Of a stretch of 11,609 nucleotides of DNA, positions 1 to 7,353 are shown piece after piece. The stretch is from the IMG/VR virus record IMGVR_UViG_2537561686_000004; one strand, 5' to 3'. The notes below the pieces were generated by a model, which worked only from the letters and a program-made list of their open reading frames with translations, had not been told where the DNA came from and did not search any database. The DNA is from a virus (Duplodnaviria; Heunggongvirae; Uroviricota; Caudoviricetes). Within the stretch, counting starts at the first letter, position 1. Each line of letters starts with the position of its first letter. A program made the position numbers and the translations under genes.

Positions 1-1
1 G

Positions 2-430
2 TTTGATCCGAAAGGCTGGGCGCTGTTCCGTTCCTTCAAAGCCGTCAAGGAGAAGCTGGATACCCGTCGCGGCTCTAATTCCGAGCTGGAGACAGCGGTA
101 AAAGACCTGGGCGAAGCGGTGTCCTATAAGGGGATGTATGGCGATACGGCGATCGTCGTGTATTCCGGACAGTACGTGGAAAACGACGTCAAAAAGAACT
201 TCCTTCCGGACAACACGATGGTGCTGGGGAACACTCAGGCACGCGGTCTGCGCACCTATGGCTGCATTCAGGATGCGGACGCACAGCGCGAAGGTATTAA
301 CGCCTCTGCCCGCTACCCGAAAAACTGGGTGACCACCGGCGATCCGGCGCGTGAGTTCACCATGATTCAGTCAGCACCGCTGATGCTGCTGGCTGATCCT
401 GATGCGTTCGTGTCCGTACAACTGGCGTAA
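2..430 (+). CDS. E: major capsid protein, lambda gpE family (C-terminal part; gene starts upstream of window)
   Basis: Frame is open from the window edge (first full codon at 2) to TAA at 428-430. Translation FDPKGWALFRSFKAVKEKLDTRRGSNSELETAVKDLGEAVSYKGMYGD...ARYPKNWVTTGDPAREFTMIQSAPLMLLADPDAFVSVQLA matches the C-terminus of lambda E as I recall it. Followed by FI-FII-Z-U in lambda order. Confidence 0.88.
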   Translation, partial: FDPKGWALFRSFKAVKEKLDTRRGSNSELETAVKDLGEAVSYKGMYGDTAIVVYSGQYVENDVKKNFLPDNTMVLGNTQARGLRTYGCIQDADAQREGINASARYPKNWVTTGDPAREFTMIQSAPLMLLADPDAFVSVQLA

Positions 431-432
431 TC

Positions 433-460
433 ATGGCCCTTCGGGGCCATTTTCTCTCTG
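433..460 (+). terminator. terminator-like stem-loop between E and FI (possible transcript-stabilising or attenuating hairpin)
   Basis: Perfect inverted repeat ATGGCCC (433-439) / GGGCCAT (444-450) around a TTCG loop, followed by a T-rich tract (450-459, TTTTCTCTCT), immediately after the E stop codon. Confidence 0.3.
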
Positions 461-471
461 TGGAGGAGTTC

Positions 472-858
472 ATGACGAAAGATGAACTGATTGCCCGTCT
501 TCAGGAGCTGGGTGAGCAACTGAACCGTGATGTCAGCCTGACGGGGACGAAAGAAGAACTGGCGCTCCGTGTGGCAGAGCTGGAAGAGGAGCTTGATGAC
601 ACTGCCGATCAGGATACCCCTCTCAGCCCGGAAAATGCGCTGACCGGACATGAAAATGAGGTGGTATCAGCGCAGCCGGATACCGTGACTGATACGGCTG
701 CTCTGGTCACGGTTGTGGCACTGGTGACGCTGCATACCGATGCACTTCACGCCACGCGGGATAAACCTGTGGCATTTGTGCTGCCGGGAACGGCGTTTCG
801 TGTCTCTGCCGGTGTGGCAGCCGAAATGACAGAGCGCGGCCTGGCCAGAATGCAATAA
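472..858 (+). CDS. FI: DNA packaging / head assembly protein FI (lambda gpFI family)
   Basis: ATG at 472 preceded by GGAGGAG (462-468). Translation MTKDELIARLQELGEQLNRDVSLTGTKEELALRVAELEEELDD...AFVLPGTAFRVSAGVAAEMTERGLARMQ resembles lambda FI. The ORF-track start at 433 lies inside the upstream hairpin and lacks a ribosome-binding site, so 472 is preferred. Confidence 0.85.
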   Translation: MTKDELIARLQELGEQLNRDVSLTGTKEELALRVAELEEELDDTADQDTPLSPENALTGHENEVVSAQPDTVTDTAALVTVVALVTLHTDALHATRDKPVAFVLPGTAFRVSAGVAAEMTERGLARMQ

Positions 859-869
859 CGGGAGGCGCT

Positions 870-1223
870 GTGGCTGATTTCGATAACCTGTTCGATGCTG
901 CCATTGCCCGCGCCGATGAAACGATACGCGGGTACATGGGAACGTCAGCCACCATGACATCCGGTGAGCAGTCAGGTGCGGTGATACGTGGTGTTTTTGA
1001 TGACCCTGAAAATATCAGCTATGCCGGACAGGGCGTGCGCGTTGAAGGCTCCAGCCCGTCCCTGTTTGTCCGGACTGATGATGTGCGGCAGCTGCGGCGC
1101 GGCGACACGCTGACCATCGGTGAGGAAAACTTCTGGATAGACCGGATTTCGCCGGATGATGGCGGAAGCTGTCATCTCTGGCTTGGGCGGGGCGTACCGC
1201 CTGCCGTTAACCGTCGCCGCTGA
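870..1223 (+). CDS. FII: head-tail joining protein FII (lambda gpFII family)
   Basis: GTG start at 870 preceded by GGGAGG (860-865); 117 codons. Translation (M)ADFDNLFDAAIARADETIRGYMGTSATMTSGEQSGAVIRGVFDDPENISYAGQGVRVEGSSPSLFVRTDDVRQLRRGDTLTIGEENFWIDRISPDDGGSCHLWLGRGVPPAVNRRR matches lambda FII in sequence and length. Confidence 0.88.
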   Translation: MADFDNLFDAAIARADETIRGYMGTSATMTSGEQSGAVIRGVFDDPENISYAGQGVRVEGSSPSLFVRTDDVRQLRRGDTLTIGEENFWIDRISPDDGGSCHLWLGRGVPPAVNRRR

Positions 1224-1234
1224 AAGGGGGATGT

Positions 1235-1813
1235 ATGGCCATAAAAGGTCTTGAGCAGGCCGTTGAAAACCTCAGCCGTATCAGCAGAACGGCGGTGCCC
1301 GGTGCCGCCGCAATGGCCATTAACCGCGTTGCTTCATCCGCGATATCGCAGTCGGTGGCACAGGTTGCCCGTGAGACAAAGGTACGCCGGAAACTGGTAA
1401 AGGAAAGGGCCAGGCTGAAAAGGGCCACGGTCAAAAATCCGCAGGCCAGAATCAGGGTTAACCGGGGGGATTTGCCCGTAATCAAGCTGGGTAACGCGCG
1501 GGTTGTCCTTTCCCGCCGCAGACGTCGTAAAAAGGGGCAGCGTTCATCCCTGAAAGGTGGCGGCAGCGTGCTTGTGGTGGGAAACCGTCGTATTCCCGGC
1601 GCGTTTATTCAGCAACTGAAAAATGGCCGGTGGCATGTCATGCAGCGTGTGGCCGGGAAAAACCGTTACCCCATTGATGTGGTGAAAATCCCGATGGCGG
1701 TGCCGCTTACCACGGCGTTTAAACAGAATATTGAACGGATACGGCGTGAATGTCTTCCGAAAGAGCTGGGCTATGCGCTGCAGCATCAACTGAGAATGGT
1801 AATAAAGCGATGA
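1235..1813 (+). CDS. Z: tail completion protein Z (lambda gpZ family)
   Basis: ATG at 1235 preceded by AAAGGGGGA (1222-1230); 192 codons, the same length as lambda Z. Translation MAIKGLEQAVENLSRISRTAVPGAAAMAINRVASSAISQSVAQVARETKV.... Stop overlaps the U start (ATGA at 1810-1813). Confidence 0.88.
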   Translation: MAIKGLEQAVENLSRISRTAVPGAAAMAINRVASSAISQSVAQVARETKVRRKLVKERARLKRATVKNPQARIRVNRGDLPVIKLGNARVVLSRRRRRKKGQRSSLKGGGSVLVVGNRRIPGAFIQQLKNGRWHVMQRVAGKNRYPIDVVKIPMAVPLTTAFKQNIERIRRECLPKELGYALQHQLRMVIKR

Positions 1814-2205
1814 AACATACTGAACTCCGTGCAGCCGTACTGGATGCACTGGAGAAGCATGACACCGGGGCGACGTTTTTTGATGGTCGCCCCGCTGTTT
1901 TTGATGAGGCGGATTTTCCGGCAATTGCCGTTTATCTCACCGGCGCTGAATACACGGGCGAAGAGCTGGACAGTGATACCTGGCAGGCGGAGCTGCATAT
2001 CGAAGTTTTCCTGCCTGCTCAGGTGCCGGATTCAGAGCTGGATTCGTGGATGGAGTCCCGGATTTATCCGGTGATGAGCGATGTCCCGGCACTGTCAGAT
2101 TTGATCACCAGTATGGTGGCCAGTGGCTATGACTACCGGCGCGACGATGATGCGGGCCTGTGGAGTTCAGCCGATCTGACTTATGTCATTACCTATGAAA
2201 TGTGA
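1810..2205 (+). CDS. U: tail terminator / tail tube terminator protein U (lambda gpU family)
   Basis: ATG at 1810 overlapping the Z stop; 131 codons. Translation [131 protein letters not shown]. The ORF-track start at 1750 is an upstream in-frame ATG lying inside Z. Confidence 0.88.
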   Translation: MKHTELRAAVLDALEKHDTGATFFDGRPAVFDEADFPAIAVYLTGAEYTGEELDSDTWQAELHIEVFLPAQVPDSELDSWMESRIYPVMSDVPALSDLITSMVASGYDYRRDDDAGLWSSADLTYVITYEM

Positions 2206-2212
2206 GGACGCT

Positions 2213-2947
2213 ATGCCTGTACCAAATCCTGTAATGCCGGTGAAAGGTGCCGGGACCACCCTGTGGGTTTATAAGGGGAAGCGGTGACCCTTATGCGAAT
2301 CCGCTTTCAGACGTTGACTGGTCGCGTCTGGCTAAAGTTAAAGACCTGACGCCCGGCGAACTGACCGCTGAGTCCTATGACGACAGCTATCTCGATGATG
2401 AAGATGCAGACTGGACTGCGACCGGGCAGGGGCAGAAATCTGCCGGAGATACCAGCTTCACGCTGGCGTGGATGCCCGGAGAGCAGGGGCAGCAGGCGCT
2501 GCTGGCGTGGTTTAATGAAGGCGATACCCGTGCCTATAAAATCCGCTTCCCGAACGGCACGGTCGATGTGTTCCGTGGCTGGGTCAGCAGTATCGGTAAG
2601 GCGGTGACGGCGAAGGAAGTGATCACCCGACGGTGAAGTCACCAAGTGGGCGTCCGTCATGGCAGAAGATCGCAGTACGGTACGCGGCAACCGGTATGAC
2701 TGTGACGCCTGCCAGCTCCTCGGTGGTGAAAGGGCAGAGCACCACGCTGACCGTGGCATTCCAGCCGGAGGGTGCAACTGACAAGAGCTTCCGTGCGGTG
2801 TCAGCGGATAAAACAAAAGCCACCGTGTCGGTCAGTGGTATGACCATCACCGTGAAAGGTGTTGCTGCAGGCAAGGTCAACATTCCGGTTGTATCCGGTA
2901 ATGGTGAACTTGCTGTGGTTGCAGAAATCACCGTCACCGACAGTTAA
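2213..2947 (+). pseudogene. V: major tail tube protein V (lambda gpV family), reading frame disrupted by small indels
   Basis: ATG at 2213 (GAGGA at 2204-2208) gives [22 protein letters not shown], then an apparent +1 insertion near 2276-2281 produces a TGA at 2285-2287. V sequence resumes in another frame ([36 protein letters not shown]...[20 protein letters not shown], to about 2630), then shifts again after a cluster of roughly seven 1-bp deletions at about 2625-2690, where MAEDRSTV is readable only in an alternate frame. The C-terminal Ig-like portion ([28 protein letters not shown]...[10 protein letters not shown]) ends at TAA 2945-2947. Confidence 0.8.
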
Positions 2948-2962
2948 TCCGGAGAGTCAGCG

Positions 2963-3385
2963 ATGTTCCTGAAAACCGAATCATTTGAATATAACGGTGT
3001 GAGCGTCACGCTTTCTGAACTGTCAGCCCTGCAGCGAATTGAGCATCTCGCCCTGCTGAAACGACAGGCAGAACAGGCGGGATCCAGTCTCAATCGACAG
3101 GTGAGCGTGGAAGATCTCGTCAGAACCGGTGCTTTTCTGGTGGCGATGTCCCTGTGGCATAGCCATCCGCAGAAGACAAAGATGCCGTCCATGAATGAAG
3201 CCGTTAAACAAATTGAGCAGGAAGTGCTTACCACCTGGCCCACAGAGGCAATTGCTCAGGCTGAAAATGTGGTAATGCGTCTGTCCGGTATGTCTGAGTT
3301 TGTTGTGAATGATGCACCTGAACAGGCAGATGACGCCGGGCCAGCAGAGCCTGTTTCTGCGGGAAAGTGTTCGACGGTGAGCTGA
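2963..3385 (+). CDS. G: tail assembly chaperone G (lambda gpG family)
   Basis: ATG at 2963 preceded by GGAGAG; 140 codons, the same length as lambda G. Translation MFLKTESFEYNGVSVTLSELSALQRIEHLALLKRQAEQ...PAEPVSAGKCSTVS. Contains the GGGAAAG slippery heptamer near its 3-prime end. Confidence 0.9.
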   Translation: MFLKTESFEYNGVSVTLSELSALQRIEHLALLKRQAEQAGSSLNRQVSVEDLVRTGAFLVAMSLWHSHPQKTKMPSMNEAVKQIEQEVLTTWPTEAIAQAENVVMRLSGMSEFVVNDAPEQADDAGPAEPVSAGKCSTVS

Positions 3386-3801
3386 GTTTTGCCCTGAAAC
3401 TGGCGCGTGAGATGGGGCGACCCGACTGGCGCGCCATGCTTGCCGGGATGTCATCCACGGAGTATGCCGACTGGCACCGCTTTTACAGTACCCATTATTT
3501 TCATGATGTTCTGCTGGATATGCACTTTTCCGGGCTGACGTACACCGTACTCAGCCTGTTTTTCAGCGATCCGGATATGCATCCGCTGGATTTCAGTCTG
3601 CTGAACCGGCGCGAGGCTGACGAAGAGCCTGAAGATGATGTGCTGATGCAGAAAGCGGCAGGGCTTGCCGGAGGCGTCCGCTTTGGCCCGGACGGGAATG
3701 AAGTTATCCCCGCTTCCCCGGATGTGGCGGACATGACGGAGGATGACGTAATGCTGATGACAGTATCAGAAGGGATCGCAGGAGGAGTCCGGTATGGCTG
3801 A
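2963..3801 (+). CDS. GT: tail assembly chaperone GT fusion (G frame 2963-3367 joined by -1 frameshift to T frame 3367-3801)
   Basis: The T frame is open from 3367 to TGA at 3799-3801 (144 codons: VFDGELSFALKLAREMGRPDWRAMLAGMSSTEYADWHRFYSTHYFHDVLLD...SEGIAGGVRYG) and has no independent ribosome-binding site. It is reached only by frameshifting from G, giving a predicted fusion of about 279 aa. Confidence 0.8.
3361..3367 (+). promoter_or_regulatory. programmed -1 ribosomal frameshift slippery site (G GGA AAG) for the G-T fusion
   Basis: Heptamer GGGAAAG at 3361-3367 with GGA and AAG in the G zero frame, so a -1 slip re-pairs to GGG AAA and continues in the T frame (GTG TTC GAC ...). Same heptamer and position as the lambda G/GT frameshift site. 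Confidence 0.85.
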
Positions 3802-6373
3802 ACCGGTAGGCGATCTGGTCGTTGATTTGAGTCTGGATGCGGCCAGATTTGACGAGCAGATGGCCAGAGTCAGGCGTCATTTTTCCGGTACGGAAAGTGA
3901 TGCGAAAAAAACAGCGGCAGTCGTTGAACAGTCGATGAACCGGCAGGCGCTGGCTGCACAGAAAGCGGGAGTTTCCGTCGGGCAGTATAAAGCCGCCATG
4001 CGTATGCTGCCTGCACAGTTCACCGACGTGGCCACGCAGCTTGCAGGCGGGCAAAGTCCGTGGCTGATCCTGCTGCAACAGGGGGGTCAGGTTAAGGACT
4101 CCTTCGGCGGGATGATCCCCATGTTCAGGGGGCTTGCCGGTGCGATCACCCTGCCGATGGTGGGGGCCACCTCGCTGGCGGTGGCGACCGGTGCGCTGGC
4201 GTATGCCTGGTATCAGGGCAACTCAACCCTGTCCGATTTCAACAAAACGCTGGTCCTTTCCGGCAATCAGGCGGGACTGACGGCAGATCGTATGCTGGTC
4301 CTGTCCAGAGCCGGGCAGGCGGCAGGGCTGACGTTTAACCAGACCAGCGAGTCACTGACGGCGCTGGTGAATGCCGGTGTGCGTGGTGGTGAGCAGTTTG
4401 AGGCGATCAGCCAGAGTGTGGCGCGTTTCTCCTCTGCATCCGGCGTGGAGGTGGACAAGGTCGCTGAAGCCTTCGGGAAGCTGACCACAGACCCGACGTC
4501 GGGACTGACAGCGATGGCACGTCAGTTCCATAACGTGACGGCGGAGCAGATTGCGTATGTTGCTCAGTTGCAGCGTTCCGGAGATGAAGCCGGGGCATTG
4601 CAGGCGGCGAACGAGGCCGCAACGAAAGGGTTTGATGACCAGACCCGCCGCCTGAAAGAGAACATGGGCACGCTGGAAACCTGGGCAGACAGGACAGCAC
4701 GGGCATTCAAATCCATGTGGGATTCGGTGCTGGATATTGGTCGCCCGGACACTGCCCAGGGAATGCTGGAGAAAGCAGAAAAGGCTTTTGATGAGGCGGA
4801 CAAAAAATGGCAGTGGTATCAGAGCCGGAGCCACCGGCGCGGTAAAACCTCAGCATTTCTTGCCAATCTCCGGGGAGCATGGGAGGACAGAGCGAATGCG
4901 CAACTTGGGCTTTCAGCCGCCACGTTGCAGGCCGATCTTGAAAAGGCCAGAGAGATGGCAGCAAAGGACTGGGCCGAGTCTGAGGCATCACGGCTGAAAT
5001 ATACCGAAGAGGCGCAGAAGGCTTACGAACGGCTGCAGACGCCGCTGGAGAAATATACCGCCCGTCAGGAAGAACTGAACAAGGCACTGAAAGACGGGAG
5101 AATCCTGCAGGCAGATTACAACACGCTGATGGCGGCGGCGAAAAAGGATTATGAAGCGACGCTGAAAAAGCCGAAACAGTCCGGCGTGAAAGTGTCTGCG
5201 GGCGATCGTCAGGAAGACAGTGCTCATGCTGCCCTGCTGACGCTTCAGGCAGAACTCCGGACGCTGGAGAAGCATGCCGGAGCAAATGAGAAAATCAGCC
5301 AGCAGCGCCGGGATTTGTGGAAGGCGGAGAGTCAGTTCGCGGTACTGGAGGAGGCGGCACAACGTCGCCAGCTGTCTGCACAGGAGAAATCCCTGCTGGC
5401 GCATAAAGATGAGACGCTGGAGTACAAACGCCAGCTGGCTGCACTTGGCGACAAGGTTACGTATCAGGAGCGCCTGAACGCGCTGGCGCAGCAGGCGGAT
5501 AAATTCGCACAGCAGCAACGGGCAAAACGGGCCGCCATTGATGCGAAAAGCCGGGGGCTGACTGACCGGCAGGCAGAACGGGAAGCCACGGAACAGCGCC
5601 TGAAGGAACAGTATGGCGATAATCCGCTGGCGCTGAATAACGTCATGTCAGAGCAGAAAAAGACCTGGGCGGCTGAAGACCAGCTTCGCGGGAACTGGAT
5701 GGCAGGCCTGAAGTCCGGCTGGAGTGAGTGGGAAGAGAGCGCCACGGACAGTATGTCGCAGGTAAAAAGTGCAGCCACGCAGACCTTTGATGGTATTGCA
5801 CAGAATATGGCGGCGATGCTGACCGGCAGTGAGCAGAACTGGCGCAGCTTCACCCGTTCCGTGCTGTCCATGATGACAGAAATTCTGCTTAAGCAGGCAA
5901 TGGTGGGGATTGTCGGGAGTATCGGCAGCGCCATTGGCGGTGCTGTTGGTGGCGGCGCATCCGCGTCAGGCGGTACAGCCATTCAGGCCGCTGCGGCGAA
6001 ATTCCATTTTGCAACCGGAGGATTTACGGGAACCGGCGGCAAATATGAGCCAGCGGGGATTGTTCACCGTGGTGAGTTTGTCTTCACGAAGGAGGCAACC
6101 AGCCGGATTGGTGTCGGCAACCTGTACCGCCTGATGCGCGGCTATGCCACCGGCGGTTATGTCGGTACACCGGGCGGCATGGCAGACAGCCGGTCGCAGG
6201 CGTCCGGGACGTTTGAGCAGAATAACCATGTGGTGATTAACAACGACGGCACGAACGGGCAGATAGGTCCGGCTGCTCTGAAGGCGGTGTATGACATGGC
6301 CCGCAAGGGTGCCCGTGATGAAATTCAGACACAGATGCGTGATGGTGGCCTGTTCTCCGGAGGTGGACGATGA
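3794..6373 (+). CDS. H: tail tape measure protein H (lambda gpH family)
   Basis: ATG at 3794 preceded by AGGAGGAG (3780-3787), overlapping the T-frame stop; uninterrupted 859 codons. N-terminus MAEPVGDLVVDLSLDAARFDEQMARVRRHFSGTESDAKK, a long coiled-coil-like Ala/Gln/Glu/Lys/Arg-rich middle, and a Gly-rich C-terminal region (GSIGSAIGGAVGGGASASGG...GGLFSGGGR) as in lambda H. Stop overlaps the M start (ATGA at 6370-6373). Confidence 0.92.
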   Translation: MAEPVGDLVVDLSLDAARFDEQMARVRRHFSGTESDAKKTAAVVEQSMNRQALAAQKAGVSVGQYKAAMRMLPAQFTDVATQLAGGQSPWLILLQQGGQVKDSFGGMIPMFRGLAGAITLPMVGATSLAVATGALAYAWYQGNSTLSDFNKTLVLSGNQAGLTADRMLVLSRAGQAAGLTFNQTSESLTALVNAGVRGGEQFEAISQSVARFSSASGVEVDKVAEAFGKLTTDPTSGLTAMARQFHNVTAEQIAYVAQLQRSGDEAGALQAANEAATKGFDDQTRRLKENMGTLETWADRTARAFKSMWDSVLDIGRPDTAQGMLEKAEKAFDEADKKWQWYQSRSHRRGKTSAFLANLRGAWEDRANAQLGLSAATLQADLEKAREMAAKDWAESEASRLKYTEEAQKAYERLQTPLEKYTARQEELNKALKDGRILQADYNTLMAAAKKDYEATLKKPKQSGVKVSAGDRQEDSAHAALLTLQAELRTLEKHAGANEKISQQRRDLWKAESQFAVLEEAAQRRQLSAQEKSLLAHKDETLEYKRQLAALGDKVTYQERLNALAQQADKFAQQQRAKRAAIDAKSRGLTDRQAEREATEQRLKEQYGDNPLALNNVMSEQKKTWAAEDQLRGNWMAGLKSGWSEWEESATDSMSQVKSAATQTFDGIAQNMAAMLTGSEQNWRSFTRSVLSMMTEILLKQAMVGIVGSIGSAIGGAVGGGASASGGTAIQAAAAKFHFATGGFTGTGGKYEPAGIVHRGEFVFTKEATSRIGVGNLYRLMRGYATGGYVGTPGGMADSRSQASGTFEQNNHVVINNDGTNGQIGPAALKAVYDMARKGARDEIQTQMRDGGLFSGGGR

Positions 6374-6699
6374 AGACCTTCCGCTGGAAAGTGAAACCCG
6401 GTATGGATGTGGCTTCGGTCCCTTCTGTAAGAAAGGTGCGCTTTGGTGATGGCTATTCTCAGCGAGCGCCTGCCGGGCTGAATGCCAACCTGAAAACGTA
6501 CAGCGTGACGCTTTCTGTCCCCCGTGAGGAGGCCACGGTACTGGAGTCGTTTCTGGAAGAGCACGGGGGCTGGAAATCCTTTCTGTGGACGCCGCCTTAT
6601 GAGTGGCGGCAGATAAAGGTGACCTGCGCAAAATGGTCGTCGCGGGTCAGTATGCTGCGTGTTGAGTTCAGCGCAGAGTTTGAACAGGTGGTGAACTGA
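6370..6699 (+). CDS. M: tail tip protein M (lambda gpM family)
   Basis: 109 codons, the same length as lambda M. Translation MKTFRWKVKPGMDVASVPSVRKVRFGDGYSQRAPAGLNANLKTYSVTLSVPREEATVLESFLEEHGGWKSFLWTPPYEWRQIKVTCAKWSSRVSMLRVEFSAEFEQVVN. GGAGGTGG ribosome-binding site upstream; stop overlaps the L start (TGATG at 6697-6701). Confidence 0.9.
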   Translation: MKTFRWKVKPGMDVASVPSVRKVRFGDGYSQRAPAGLNANLKTYSVTLSVPREEATVLESFLEEHGGWKSFLWTPPYEWRQIKVTCAKWSSRVSMLRVEFSAEFEQVVN

Positions 6700-7349
6700 T
6701 GCAGGATATCCGGCAGGAAACACTGAATGAATGCACCCGTGCGGAGCAGTCGGCCAGCGTGGTGCTCTGGGAAATCGACCTGACAGAGGTCGGTGGAGAA
6801 CGTTATTTTTTCTGTAATGAGCAGAACGAAAAAGGTGAGCCGGTCACCTGGCAGGGGCGCAGTATCAGCTACCCATTCAGGGGAGGTTTGAACTGAAGGA
6901 AGGCATCCGCCACCTGACGGTTCTAACCTGACGGATGTCACCGGGATGGCGGAAGATGCAGAGTCTGGTCGGCGGAACGGTGGTCCGGCGTAAGGTTTAC
7001 GCCCGTTTCTGGATGCGGTGAACTTCGTCAACGGAAACAGAGCCGATCCGGAGCAGGAGGTGATCAGCCGCTGGCGCATGAGCAGTGAGCGAACTGAGGC
7101 GGTAGTGCCTCTTTGTCTTCCACCCGACGAAACGGAGGGCTGTTTTTCCGGGCGATCATGCTGGCCAACACCTGCACCTGGACCTATCGCGGTGAGAGTG
7201 CGGTTATCGGTCCGGCGTCGCGATGAATATGACCAGCCGACGTCCGATATCACGAAGGATAAATGCAGCAAATGCCTGAGGGCTGTAAGTTTCGCAATAA
7301 CGTCGGCAACTTTGGCGGCTTCCTTTCCATTAACAAACTTTCGCAGTAA
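6699..7349 (+). pseudogene. L: tail tip protein L (lambda gpL family), heavily frame-disrupted
   Basis: ATG at 6699 gives MQDIRQETLNECTRAEQSASVVLWEIDLTEVGGERYFFCNEQNEKGEPVTWQGR, then the frame is lost at about 6855 (stop at 6894-6896). L-like peptides reappear in shifting frames (NFVNGN-ADPEQEVISRWR at about 7020-7080, TCTWTYRG at about 7170-7200, DEYDQPTSDITKDKCSKCL at about 7220-7280). The C-terminus CKFRNNVGNFGGFLSINKLSQ is back in the original frame with TAA at 7347-7349. Span is 651 nt versus about 699 expected. Confidence 0.78.
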
Positions 7350-7353
7350 TCCC

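Noticed and set aside
119-430. ORF-track start at 119 for the first gene, and the alternate-frame ORF 138-332.
   Set aside because: The E frame is open back to the window edge, so the gene is truncated by the window rather than starting at 119; 138-332 is an out-of-frame overlap within E.
1750-2205. Longer version of U starting at ATG 1750.
   Set aside because: That start lies 60 nt inside Z; the ATG at 1810 overlapping the Z stop reproduces the 131-codon length of lambda U and its [11 protein letters not shown]-terminus.
5880-6200. Gly-rich low-complexity stretch in H (GSIGSAIGGAVGGGASASGG...) considered as a tandem repeat or disordered linker of separate origin.
   Set aside because: A Gly-rich C-terminal region is a normal part of lambda-type tape measure proteins; no exact nucleotide tandem repeat is evident.
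4352-6631. Several long minus-strand ORFs inside H (for example 4707-5285, 4988-5518, 5464-5982, 5966-6631) and a further one spanning the H/M junction and M (6325-6723).
   Set aside because: They lie antisense to intact, well-supported tail genes in GC-rich coding sequence, have low-complexity Arg/Ser/Pro/Cys-rich translations, and lack ribosome-binding sites. They are frame shadows, not genes.
6896-7018. Apparent 120-bp gap with no called ORF between the first L fragment and the next, considered as a possible insertion or small regulatory element.
   Set aside because: The region still encodes L-like peptides (for example MAEDMQSLVGGTVVRRKVYARFLDAVNFVNG in shifting frames), so it is damaged coding sequence, not an inserted element.
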